A program made the position numbers and the translations under genes. A model generated the notes under the pieces. The model did no database searches and was not told the origin of the DNA. It worked only from the letters and a program-made list of their open reading frames with translations. From Mayamaea pseudoterrestris (taxonomy: Eukaryota): 64,000 nucleotides of DNA. Positions 35,143 through 45,465 of the stretch are shown here, piece after piece. The DNA lies in NCBI GenBank assembly GCA_027923505.1, contig BROI01000008.1:806001-870000 (forward strand), written 5' to 3'. The number at the start of each line of letters is the position of its first letter. Positions within the stretch are counted from its first letter, which is position 1.

Positions 35143-35458
35143 TTTACATCATTTCTGAGCGCAGACTTGTTGACAGTTGAGCAAAAGCTCGTTTATGGAA
35201 TCGAATGGAAGTGCCACATCGTGGAGGAGGGGATCATGCGAGCAACAAGGGCAATAGTCAAATGCTGGATTTTCCATATGAAAACCACTCATCAATACGA
35301 CACAGGCTACAGTGAAAACTCATGATTTACTATTGCCCAAAATGCGATGGACAGACGACGATGCAGCGTTTCTCCACATGGGGTTTTGGCTTACAGGCCA
35401 CACTATCATCGATCATCGAGTACTCTACTTTTTCCTTCTACCACGACTTGTGCCAGCA

Positions 35459-36412
35459 ATGTCAGATATTGTTGTTCATACCATCCCAATCGCTGAGGTG
35501 AAGGAAAAGAATCAACAACTTCGAATGCAGCTGGACGAAATACGAGCTCGACGAAAAACGCTCAAGCAACTAGGCGATCGACAGAGTCAATTGATCTCGC
35601 TGTTGGAAACTGAAAGAAACAAGACGTACATGGATCAGGACCGCGCTTTACATGAGTTGCAATCCGAGCTGGCGTTGAGCATGTCGAATGAGAGACTGCT
35701 AAATTTGTTCATGCAATGGAACGCTTTGAATGATTGCTTTCATATTTCTCAGTGCGGTGCATTTGGAACCATAAATGGCCTTCGACTTGGCTTGGAATCT
35801 GCTCCTATAGAGCAACCAGTTGACTCAGTTATCGCCTTGACGTCTTCAAGCGTCGCTCCCGAACGTAGACGATACTTTGGCATGACTTCGCCTCCAATGC
35901 AAGCCAGCATTTCCCCATCATCTGCCTCGCCACCTATTCGTGTCCCATGGACGGAAATCAACGCCGCCCTTGGACAAGTTGCTCTTCTACTGACTACTTT
36001 AGAAAAATTTCCACAATCCGGCATTCAATATCATCACCAGCTCCTCCCACAAGGGTCAACCACCAAGATTGGAATTCGTCGCAACGGTAGCGCCACTGCA
36101 ACGCTATACAATTTATTTCACGACGACAGCTTTCAGTGGTTCGGTCGACGCAACTTCAATCTTGCTATAGAGTCACTCTGCGAGTGTGTCATGGAAGCTG
36201 CCGAAACGGTCCAGCGGCGGGACGCGGCAATGGAACTTCCGTATGCACTCGAAAGAGTCAAGGGCGAGCTACAGATCGGACGATTGCCGGTGGCAATTGC
36301 CTTTGGGCAGAGTGGGACAGAATGGACACGAGCAATGAAGTATTTGTTGACAGATATCAAACATATACTGACTTTTCGGCTATTTTTGAGTTCGAATAGT
36401 AACACTTGCTAG
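35459..36412 (+). CDS. ATG6: Autophagy protein Atg6/Beclin (coiled coil plus BARA domain)
   Basis: NDCFHISQCGAFGTINGLRLG, VPWTEINAALGQVALLL and WTRAMKYLLTDIK. Confidence 0.88.
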   Translation: MSDIVVHTIPIAEVKEKNQQLRMQLDEIRARRKTLKQLGDRQSQLISLLETERNKTYMDQDRALHELQSELALSMSNERLLNLFMQWNALNDCFHISQCGAFGTINGLRLGLESAPIEQPVDSVIALTSSSVAPERRRYFGMTSPPMQASISPSSASPPIRVPWTEINAALGQVALLLTTLEKFPQSGIQYHHQLLPQGSTTKIGIRRNGSATATLYNLFHDDSFQWFGRRNFNLAIESLCECVMEAAETVQRRDAAMELPYALERVKGELQIGRLPVAIAFGQSGTEWTRAMKYLLTDIKHILTFRLFLSSNSNTC

Positions 36413-36623
36413 GTAGGTGCTGACGCCGGTGTGTTTAGTTCATGTAGTCGCTCAAAGCCTACATAGATTGGGGCCCACACATTTAAATGTTTTTTGCACT
36501 GAATATGCTGTTGTTATCCCCGATTGTTACTGTAACTACTTTTATCTTTTATCGCGACGTGATCGTGAAATAGGAGAGCAAGTGCTGCCGTCATTTTCTT
36601 CCCATTCACCATCACCTACATTC

Positions 36624-39600
36624 TTACGTATCCATGAGGACACGACTTTGTAAGTCGTAGCCTCGCAGCCCCAAAGCGCCCCTCGCTCTTCTTGCTAAAC
36701 GTTCCATGCAAGGGCCATAGCTGGATGCATCCACAGTCCCAGCTAGTATTCGCGCGACCTTCAATTGCGCCGATTCTTCCAAATCACAAAGAAACCGTTT
36801 GCAAATTCGCTTCGCTTGTTCCCTGACAACCTTCTTTGCAAAAGCTTGGATAACACGGGTGGCATGATCTTCCTGTACAAAACGTTCACGCGAAAATTTG
36901 ACCAGGAGACGTCGCTCCTCAAGCTCTCCAACAGCCGAAATTGCAACGCCTCTATCATTTAATCGTTTATCTCGATGCGGCAGTGTTACTGATGCTGCAC
37001 GTTCAGCGCCGCCCGAAACGGGAGTGAATTGGACGACAACGCTGCGACTATTCAAACCGGTAGAGCTATACCCGACGGCGAGTGGTTGAACATGCTGTGT
37101 CCTTCTCCTTGATGTCTTGAGGAGTGAAAACGTTTCCCTCCTTCTTAGGTATCTCATGTACGCCCTTTGGATATATACTGCAGCATTTTGCTTTGCGAGT
37201 GCGATGTTATCAAGCCAGCGAGTCAAAATTGGCGGAAAACGTTTGATCCTCGATGACAGGCAAATAAACGCCGCAGCAGTAGGAGACCGCATGTATTTGT
37301 TGATCGACAGTAGCGCAAAGTGAGAACTTGATCTATTCAAACTTCCGTGATGAAACAGTTGCAGCAGGATAACTGCTTTCGTCATCCTGTCAAGCTCCGA
37401 GTGCATTGCGCTGGAGTAGTAAGTGCATTGGGCATTTTGCCTTCGGGAGTGCCAGCCTCTCCAGGAAGCCTGGAGACATATCGCAGCACTGATCTGTTTG
37501 TGCGCTCTTCTGCGTCCCGTAATACCCCTCACGAACGCCTGCAACTTGACACAGGAGAGGGCAAGCGACGCGAGCTTTGCTCTACATGATCGTCCGCGAA
37601 TCGTGCGTTGAATGCGCACAGCCCCTCCATGACGGCGCGAAATAACACGCATGGCAAGCAAGCTACGGAAACGCTTTTGTAACACGTGTACTGCCTTTTT
37701 CTTGACAAGGAAGATTTTGTTCACCCTTACGCACCGAAACCATGTCTGAATTATCTTTGTCGCAGCTTCTCTAGCTTGGAAACTGAGACGACGCTTGCGG
37801 ATATACCACGTTCGCTCAATTGCCATAGCCTTGGCTTTTTGAATTAGTCGCTCGTGGTATAGGCCTTTAGCTATTTGGCTGCCTATACATTTTCTGAAAT
37901 ATGACTGAAGTCTGATGATGGCAACGAGTTGAACTTGGAAGTCGTTTCTCTGTCTTCGCATGCGGATATTTGATTGAATAATTAGTATACATGCGCGAAT
38001 GCATCGAAAGTGAATCTTTGCAGCCGAACATCGCCACTTTGCTTGAATTGCCGCGGCTTTTTTTGAGTATCGAAGCCTGTGCCGTGATGAGCTGCAGAGA
38101 CGCCACTGCTCTTGGATAGTAAGTGCAGCTGCACCAGTTTTTAGAAAGTGTAATCGTCGACGAGCCGCTCGCTGTCGAACCGCACACTGAATCGCAACGA
38201 AAGCATTCAGAGCACATAGGTACCTGTTATGGCTTAGAAACATTCTCGCAATGGACTGTATAAGCATTGCTGCATTCTTTGTCCTTCGGACCTTCACAAA
38301 AGCGACGTGACGACGCCATGAACGCTGGCGGCGAATCACATGAGCCAGCATTGTCTTGTAGAACCGCATGGCCAAGGCCTTCCGGAAAACTGACTGTATC
38401 ATAATGGCTTTGCATCGGGCTGATAAGTATGATGACAATGCTGAAGACCTTCTCCATGTAGCTTGTATCGCAGTCGCGCACCATTTTCGTCTCCTTTCAA
38501 CCGCTCGCCGCCATACAGCCTGCAACATTATAATTGCCGCAGTGCACCTTGTACGTTCATGACGAGCATGGTAAGTCCGCCAAGTCATCTGAATCAAAAT
38601 GGCGCTAGCTGTTGTAACGACGTGAAGAGCCTGCGCCCACCGCTTCTGACCCGCACAAAGATGAGTAGCAACGACTTGTCGACCGTGGCTTTGGATTATA
38701 ATTGCCGCGGCTCGACAAATGATAAAATTACGTCGAGCGATAGCGGATCGCCAGGCACTCTGCATTGTGATTGCTGCGTTTCTGTTCGTTTGATGTCGCC
38801 GACTTATATCATTCCGGACTTTCCTCTGCATTGTAACGACAGCCTCATTTAACATGCGACACGCAGTCCTGGTACGTGACCTTCGGACCAGCGACTGAAT
38901 AATAACCGCAGCCAACCGATAAGAATTATATTGCTGACTTGCCCATGATCTCCTCCATGCACACTGAATAACGACGGAGGCTAAGCGATGCTCAATCAGT
39001 AGTGATTTCATGTATTTGTGCAAGTTCGTACGAGCATACCATTTCCGAATGTTGCATTGGATGAATAAGATTGCTGTCCGCTGCTTCAAATATTGCCGCC
39101 GACAACTCGCTGCTCGTCCCATGGATTGAAGCACTGTCGCAGCTGACGGGTAAGACATCGACGGGTAGAGAGGCGGTCTCGTTTTACACCATTTTTCACT
39201 TGATTGGTTCAACTGAGCTAGATGGCTTCGCCAAGATCGTTGGATCAGCACGACGCTGGCTTCTCGATTCGTCACTTCTCGATAGTTCCTCCATGTCACC
39301 TGTATCACAAGCGCTGTTGCTGACGTCCGCCTCTCTTGTTGGATGGCCTTTAAACGGCGGCGGGCTGCGAGTTGTCGATACTGGCACTGCAGCACAACAG
39401 TAGCAACTCGCAATTCAAGGAAGTGAAGTCGGCCGATAGTCGCCCTCACCTTGCTCTGGAGCAAGATAGCTGCTATGCGAGATCTCGCAAACTGACGTTG
39501 TGCGCTAACAAGTCGCCATGTGCGCTGAATGATTGCTGCAGCCTCATCTATTCGACAAAACCTTAGCTTTCGAAAAAATTTCTGAACATAGATGACAGCA

Positions 39601-42323
39601 ACTCGCTTTTCGCGATACATTGACTTGTACAACGAATTCCTCAAAGCCGACTGGAGTAAAATTATAGCCGCGCGGTGAGTCCTTAATGACTTGAGCGCCA
39701 ACGCCATTCTCCAAGCACTCTGAATGACGACTGCAGATATCGCCCGCCGCTGTAGCTTTGTATCTCTTACCGCTCGACGCGCGTTCAATTGTCGAACGAA
39801 AATTTGGATTTTCTTAACTGCTACGAGGTATTTCTCAAATCTACGCCGGCAAAGACTAAGCCGGAACGACGACTGGATCATGGCTGCAGCATTTCGAGCC
39901 TCAAAGAACCTACATCGAGCTTGTGATTGTCGCCAAGCTTCTTGTATAAGCGTAGCACAGCAAGAGCGTCCGCGATTCTGCTCGCGACATCTGCTCCGCC
40001 GCCAGGCAGTTTGGAGAATAACTGATGCCCTTGCGTAAACTTGATATCGGCAATGCGTGTTATAACAGCGCCAGGAACGCTGGATCAATACGACGGCAGC
40101 TCGTTTGCGCAAAGACGACTGACTATTTAGCCAGGCTAACCGAATGGTTTCAACAGCATCGATCACTTCGCTGTATCGTCGTTTCTGAAAGGCCATTCGA
40201 TATGTTGATTGTATCACCGTCGACGCTGTTTTACGAACGGTGACGTTATCTCGTGCACATGACCGTCTCCAAGCACGTTGAAGAATCGTAGCTGCACCCC
40301 CATGAGAGTCGCTGCCTGCTGCCTTTTGTATTCTCCACCACTTCTGTATGTGACAAGCTGCGTCGGACGCGCAGGTAAGTTGATCGGATTTTGTAGTGAT
40401 CGATGACGAGAAACTCGACGCTCTTTCGATAGTGCTGGCTGAATCTACGTAAAGCTGTCGATTCGACCATCGTTCCTGCGAAATTGCCTCAGGTCGCTGT
40501 ACATAGTCAAAAACAACACTTCCATTCGATGTGTAGATGTCATTCAAAGCTAATTCTTCTCCAACGTCATTAAGAGACACCTCACTGTCTCTCCACGCCC
40601 GCGCAATCCGACGACACATAATCCTTCGGCGACCAGCATTATCTCGTCGCATCTGTGAGCTGACAAATGCATGCTGCATGGTAATCACAGCGTTGCGTAT
40701 CTTCACATGTAATCGCCGCTGTGCAAATCCCTTCCAGCAACTTTGGATCGATACAAGAGACGCAATTTTGCCGAGGTAAACACGTCGATCACGACTCATT
40801 CGCCAATTCTTCTGTATCAAAACGACTCCGTCGTCTTTAGTTGTAATAGTGTCATTGACGGCGTACTGTACAAAATCATCTGCGACGTTGCGGCATTCCA
40901 AAGCAGCCTGCAGGCTGGCATCAAGGCATCGGCTATATTTCGCGCAATAAGCTCGGTAAGTGAATTGGATTATTGAGGCACAGAGTCGCTTTGCCTGAAA
41001 CAGTTTGCGTTGTCGGCTCGTTCTCCACGAGCTCGCAATGATTGTCGCCGCCTCCTCGAAGAAAGCAAATGACAGGTGCGCGTCGCTGACATTGACAGCA
41101 TGGGCTTGAGATAACAAAACACCCGACAATGCTTCGTCAAATTCGTTTTCTAAAGGTGAAGAATAAGTCAATACTTCACTCTCTTTATCTGACAATGGAG
41201 CATCACATGAAACGTCGGTCAAGTGGTCAGGCGAATTGGTTTCAGGTGTTACTTGTAAAAGCGGACTAAGAAATATAGGTTTCGTATAAGCTATAGGGAC
41301 CAATTTCTTGGGCAAGGCAGATTCCGGAGGTTTGTATTGCAGTCGTCGGTTTAATTTTGCAGCAGGTGTGAGTGTAGGCGAAACCATTTGCGATTTGGTG
41401 GGGCTGATTGTTGCTGTAGACATGGACATGTTGTACCGTTTGGGAGTCGCGACATGAGACGACGCCGAAGTACGAAGCGACCTTGTGGACGACGACGATG
41501 GTCCTTCATATAGCGGTCGCCGATGTCGATAGTTTCGAGGCAGAGCAGACTCGGGCACGCGGTATTGCAATCGTCGTTCCAGAACCGACGTGGAGCGATG
41601 AAGCGCGTCTGTGTCTTTCTTCAGCCTGCTCTGACTCCTTTGTCGTCCAATCGCATTTCGATAGAGTCGGTCAAACGCACTCGATGTGTCGGAAGTATTC
41701 GCAATGGAAGTAGCATCTTGTCGCGACGTAATGGTAGACGCTCCAATCGATACAGCGCTCCTTCTGTTTTGAGCGAAGTTATCCTTTCGTCGTCTATCAA
41801 TGGCATCGCTATACAAGCGATCGAAAACAGACGCGTGCGATGAAAGGCTGTTTATCGATTTGAACTCGCCTCCCTTTGAATGTAGTAATCGTCGTGGAAT
41901 GTCAACGACAGCCTTGGTTGCATGCACCTGCATCGGCGATGCAGCAATTTCCGCAAAGCTACCAAAGGACAGCAGAGACTCGTCGTCGCGATAACCTAAT
42001 TGAGCATTGCCATGACGAGAAGTTACAGCTGGTCGCGATGATATTGCTCGTAGCGTCGTATGTAACTCATCAAATTTACTGTACAAATCCACAGTGTCAG
42101 AAGTTTCAGTCAAGCTGGTGATGCTAGCACTAGCATGCTCCTTGGTAGAAAATGTTTGGAAATGTAGCAGAGTGGTAGGTGTTGTAGATTCTGAATGACT
42201 CCCATAGTCTTTGGGTTGAGCTTTGTCATTTCGAAGCGTCGTCGTCGGACTGGAATCGGTGCATGTTGTCGCCTGCCGGGTCTCGTTAGAATTTGCATTT
42301 CTGGGTCGCTTTAAAGCCTTCAT
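36624..42323 (-). CDS. 1899-aa multi-IQ-motif calmodulin-binding protein (ASPM-like repeat region)
   Basis: Dozens of AxxIQxxWR/IQxxxR repeats; low-complexity N-terminus with two FDRLY motifs; no CH domain recognised. Confidence 0.8.
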   Translation of the reverse strand: MKALKRPRNANSNETRQATTCTDSSPTTTLRNDKAQPKDYGSHSESTTPTTLLHFQTFSTKEHASASITSLTETSDTVDLYSKFDELHTTLRAISSRPAVTSRHGNAQLGYRDDESLLSFGSFAEIAASPMQVHATKAVVDIPRRLLHSKGGEFKSINSLSSHASVFDRLYSDAIDRRRKDNFAQNRRSAVSIGASTITSRQDATSIANTSDTSSAFDRLYRNAIGRQRSQSRLKKDTDALHRSTSVLERRLQYRVPESALPRNYRHRRPLYEGPSSSSTRSLRTSASSHVATPKRYNMSMSTATISPTKSQMVSPTLTPAAKLNRRLQYKPPESALPKKLVPIAYTKPIFLSPLLQVTPETNSPDHLTDVSCDAPLSDKESEVLTYSSPLENEFDEALSGVLLSQAHAVNVSDAHLSFAFFEEAATIIASSWRTSRQRKLFQAKRLCASIIQFTYRAYCAKYSRCLDASLQAALECRNVADDFVQYAVNDTITTKDDGVVLIQKNWRMSRDRRVYLGKIASLVSIQSCWKGFAQRRLHVKIRNAVITMQHAFVSSQMRRDNAGRRRIMCRRIARAWRDSEVSLNDVGEELALNDIYTSNGSVVFDYVQRPEAISQERWSNRQLYVDSASTIERASSFSSSITTKSDQLTCASDAACHIQKWWRIQKAAGSDSHGGAATILQRAWRRSCARDNVTVRKTASTVIQSTYRMAFQKRRYSEVIDAVETIRLAWLNSQSSLRKRAAVVLIQRSWRCYNTHCRYQVYARASVILQTAWRRSRCREQNRGRSCCATLIQEAWRQSQARCRFFEARNAAAMIQSSFRLSLCRRRFEKYLVAVKKIQIFVRQLNARRAVRDTKLQRRAISAVVIQSAWRMALALKSLRTHRAAIILLQSALRNSLYKSMYREKRVAVIYVQKFFRKLRFCRIDEAAAIIQRTWRLVSAQRQFARSRIAAILLQSKVRATIGRLHFLELRVATVVLQCQYRQLAARRRLKAIQQERRTSATALVIQVTWRNYREVTNREASVVLIQRSWRSHLAQLNQSSEKWCKTRPPLYPSMSYPSAATVLQSMGRAASCRRQYLKQRTAILFIQCNIRKWYARTNLHKYMKSLLIEHRLASVVIQCAWRRSWASQQYNSYRLAAVIIQSLVRRSRTRTACRMLNEAVVTMQRKVRNDISRRHQTNRNAAITMQSAWRSAIARRNFIICRAAAIIIQSHGRQVVATHLCAGQKRWAQALHVVTTASAILIQMTWRTYHARHERTRCTAAIIMLQAVWRRAVERRRKWCATAIQATWRRSSALSSYLSARCKAIMIQSVFRKALAMRFYKTMLAHVIRRQRSWRRHVAFVKVRRTKNAAMLIQSIARMFLSHNRYLCALNAFVAIQCAVRQRAARRRLHFLKTGAAALTIQEQWRLCSSSRHRLRYSKKAAAIQAKWRCSAAKIHFRCIRACILIIQSNIRMRRQRNDFQVQLVAIIRLQSYFRKCIGSQIAKGLYHERLIQKAKAMAIERTWYIRKRRLSFQAREAATKIIQTWFRCVRVNKIFLVKKKAVHVLQKRFRSLLAMRVISRRHGGAVRIQRTIRGRSCRAKLASLALSCVKLQAFVRGITGRRRAHKQISAAICLQASWRGWHSRRQNAQCTYYSSAMHSELDRMTKAVILLQLFHHGSLNRSSSHFALLSINKYMRSPTAAAFICLSSRIKRFPPILTRWLDNIALAKQNAAVYIQRAYMRYLRRRETFSLLKTSRRRTQHVQPLAVGYSSTGLNSRSVVVQFTPVSGGAERAASVTLPHRDKRLNDRGVAISAVGELEERRLLVKFSRERFVQEDHATRVIQAFAKKVVREQAKRICKRFLCDLEESAQLKVARILAGTVDASSYGPCMERLARRARGALGLRGYDLQSRVLMDT

Positions 42324-42663
42324 TCTTGCCTGCTCAACGAATAAATGACACTGATCTTTCTCAGCGTCTCAAGAAAGACTATTTTAAAGCTCCAGAGTAC
42401 CTGTAGACTGTCAGTTTGAGGTTCTTCTGGTTGACGACGATGGATTGATGTGGAAGATGGAAACAGAAACGCAACGGTTGGCATCGCGCCGCAAGATTTG
42501 CCGCAGTACCCGAGTACCGAAGCGACCGGTTTATAAATGTCCGTTTCAGTAACTGTAACTCGTAGCTATTGTTATATACTACCAGTAGAAAAAGGTCGTA
42601 TGATAAAGATGACCTCAATATGTTGAACAGGCAAAATATGGAGCGCATTTCGTTTAAAGGAAT

Positions 42664-43843
42664 TCAACTTCCGCCGTCGTCGCCCAAGCCTCCACCACTA
42701 TTATCCCCTTGCTTTTGGACATTGGGCGGAAACAGCCGGCGCATCTTGTCAATGCCCATGCTTTGGATCCAAATCTTGCCTGGTCCCGTCATGGTTGTAT
42801 TAAATATACCTTCACCTCCGCAGCATATGGCCGCGACATTTCCCACCCATTGAATGTCAATGCTAACCGACTGTTCAAAGCACAGGATAGCGTCGGTGTC
42901 CACCAAAATCTTTTCGCCAGCTTGCAAATTCTGTGTATCAACAATTTGTCAAGGTTAATATTATATCGAGCAAAAATACTGCGCAATAAGAATGAATTGA
43001 ATCGTAGCAAGCCATGTGCACTTACTCTGGTAATAACCGTCCCCATCGCCATCAAGAACGCCCATTCTCCATTGCTGACCGTCTGCACAATGAAATCGAC
43101 TCCCGAGCAGCAGAATCCACCGATACTGCTTGCCGGATTGAAACCTGCCCCAATGTTGCATCCTTGACCCTCCAGACCCACCGTCGAACACAAAAAAGAA
43201 TCGCGCATGGCAACAATGGTTCCCGAAGGACATTCATTCATATGAATTGGTACAATGACTCCAGGGTAGTCAGGCGTCATGGCAATGTAGCCATCTTCCT
43301 GCGTAGTGTTTGTGAACGTGAGCTGGAATAGCGAGCCACCTCCAGCCAGTCGACCAAACGTTTTGCCAAAACCGGCGAGCTCGGCAACCATAGTCATGCC
43401 TTGGCTCATGTAGCACATTGCTCCACTAAAACACATGACTTGCCGTCCTGCTCGTAGCGGAATTTGGACAATTTGAGCGTCTGTTCCGAGAATCTAAACA
43501 AGAGGAATTGTGACTAAGAATGATCCAGCCTTCGATCAACAGACGACAAACGTCACCACCCCACTGCTCTTCGTACCTCATATACTGGCAAACCATCCTG
43601 ATATACGTTCGCTTTCGGAGGCACCCATAGCTGTAGTCCATCAAAGATTGGATGCCCCGACGGCATGGCTTCCGGCAAGGTTACAGGGATTCCATGAGCG
43701 ACTGGAAGGTGCTGGTGGTGATCCTTGTTGTCAAGCTGTTTGTGTTTTCCATCGCTAACACCATGGCCGTGATGCATGCCATGGCCCTGTCCAACATGGT
43801 CTTGCGTTTTATCCAAGGCGCCTGCAAAGGCTGGAGACGACAT
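42664..43843 (-). CDS. AIM24 (DUF124/TRAP-like) family protein 1, 3 exons, His-rich N-terminus
   Basis: YEILGTDAQIV, GAMCYMS, RLAGGGSLF, GEKILVDTD and GGEGIFNTTMTGPGKIWIQSM; introns about 43575-43495 and 43025-42931. Confidence 0.88.
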
Positions 43844-44088
43844 ACTTGCAACGCTAAGATGAGATGGTTTGGTTGATCATCTGGAATCAACTGCAAGATC
43901 AGAGCGATCTTTCACTCGGGTACCGGTACGATACATGGTTTGTCGTCACGTGACCGGGGTCGCTTGACGTCGCGATCTTTGAATCTTCCTCGACGACCAT
44001 GAGATTGGCAGTGAATGAGCGGCCGCACGTTATTACCCTAAAAAGGTTGGTACGCGTCTAATCTCACTATATCGCAAATCGATTCACT

Positions 44089-44877
44089 ATGACTGTTCAC
44101 TCCATGGACCCCATGGACCCTTACGATGAAAAGGCCGTCCTCCACTACACTGGATTCGAGGAGACCGAAGACCTCATTCCCAAACCCCAAGATACCTTCT
44201 ACGCCATTACTGGCAATGAGTCTCAAGTTCTCACGATACGTCTTCAAGAGGGCGAGCAAGTCCGAGGCGAGCCAGGAAGCATGTTTTATCTGAGCTCAGG
44301 CATGTCGCAAAGCATTAACTGCTCTGACTCCTTCAAGCGCTGCTGCACTGGCGAAAGCTGCTGCGTCGTAGACTTTACCAACTCTCAAACTGGGCCGGGA
44401 TACGCGAGCCTCACACCCAGCTTTCCAACAGCCAAGGTTGTTCCTGTGGATTTGAGCTCCGCTGCGGTTGGAGAAAGTTTGATTGCTCAGCAAGGAAGCT
44501 TCATGGCATCGTATGGAGACGTGCAAATTCAAATTGACTTTGACTGCAACTTTATGCGATGCTGCTGCGGCGGCATGGGGCTAATTCGTCAACGACTCGT
44601 TGGAAGTGGTACTGCATTCTTGAGCTCGACGGGTACCATGGTGCAGAAGATCCTACAGCCGGGAGAGTCGATCCTGGTGGATACCTTTTGCTTGCTCGCC
44701 TATTCGGGTAGCTGCAAGTTTGATCTCCAGCGAGTTGGAGGGATCGTTGGAATGATGGGAGGAGGCGAGGGTATATTTAACTCTTGCGTTACCGGGCCGG
44801 GCTTGGTAATTATAAGCAGCATGAATCCAGACATCTTCAAGCAAGCGTTGGCTGCTCAAAAGCTGTATCGCCGATAG
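44089..44877 (+). CDS. AIM24 family protein 2, intronless
   Basis: ITGNESQVL, GEPGSMFY, GESILVDT and GGEGIFNSCVTGPGLVIISSM. Confidence 0.92.
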   Translation: MTVHSMDPMDPYDEKAVLHYTGFEETEDLIPKPQDTFYAITGNESQVLTIRLQEGEQVRGEPGSMFYLSSGMSQSINCSDSFKRCCTGESCCVVDFTNSQTGPGYASLTPSFPTAKVVPVDLSSAAVGESLIAQQGSFMASYGDVQIQIDFDCNFMRCCCGGMGLIRQRLVGSGTAFLSSTGTMVQKILQPGESILVDTFCLLAYSGSCKFDLQRVGGIVGMMGGGEGIFNSCVTGPGLVIISSMNPDIFKQALAAQKLYRR

Positions 44878-45006
44878 AATCTATTTGGATAAAGTCATTT
44901 GTAGGATTGCCACAGCGAATGCGAGTTTTCAACTGTAGCTTGTCCTTCTTGAGCTCATGGTGACGGCGTAGTATCACGATGCACGCATCGCTGCACGTTG
45001 GCAAAT

Positions 45007-45373
45007 AGTTAAACGTTCCTTTTGCTGCTCTCGTCTTACTGCTTTATATGGATACAATAGTCTCTAAAGTACAAAGACTGTAGTTGGGTGAAAGTCGCTT
45101 TACTAGTAGGTGTGAATTAGATGTGGTGTGGGTCGGTGAAAGAACACTGAGACTGAGCAAACGATTGCAATCCAAAGGAGCGAAGAAAGCCACGTATGCT
45201 CCAGCTCAGATTCACCTCAAGGTACATTCAACTTGCATCCAAAGAAAGGCCTGATACGCTGCAAGTTCAAGTACATGAATGAGGAGGATTCCCATGGCGA
45301 TGGCTTGATTATGTGGAACGAGATGCAGAGTGGCTGAAAGGTGTCGCACTGAGAACCGCAACGACCTTTAACT
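45007..45373 (-). repeat. 3' LTR (367 bp), termini AGTTAAA...TTTAACT
   Basis: Direct repeat of 53120-53483; the only difference seen is a 3-bp indel (agatgcagag vs agatgag). Confidence 0.97.
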
Positions 45374-45380
45374 CTCCCTC
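45374..45380 (-). promoter_or_regulatory. Polypurine tract (GAGGGAG) abutting the 3' LTR
   Basis: ctccctc on the + strand immediately inside the LTR. Confidence 0.75.
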
Positions 45381-45465
45381 GCAAGACTGGACGGGGAATC
45401 AATAACATATAGATGACAACAGGGGCGACTTGTTTCTCTAACAGCTGGTTGCAGACAACCAAGGA

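Noticed and set aside
36624..42323. Calling the IQ protein a true ASPM orthologue or a myosin
   Set aside because: No CH/ASH or motor domain was recognised; only the IQ repeats are supported.
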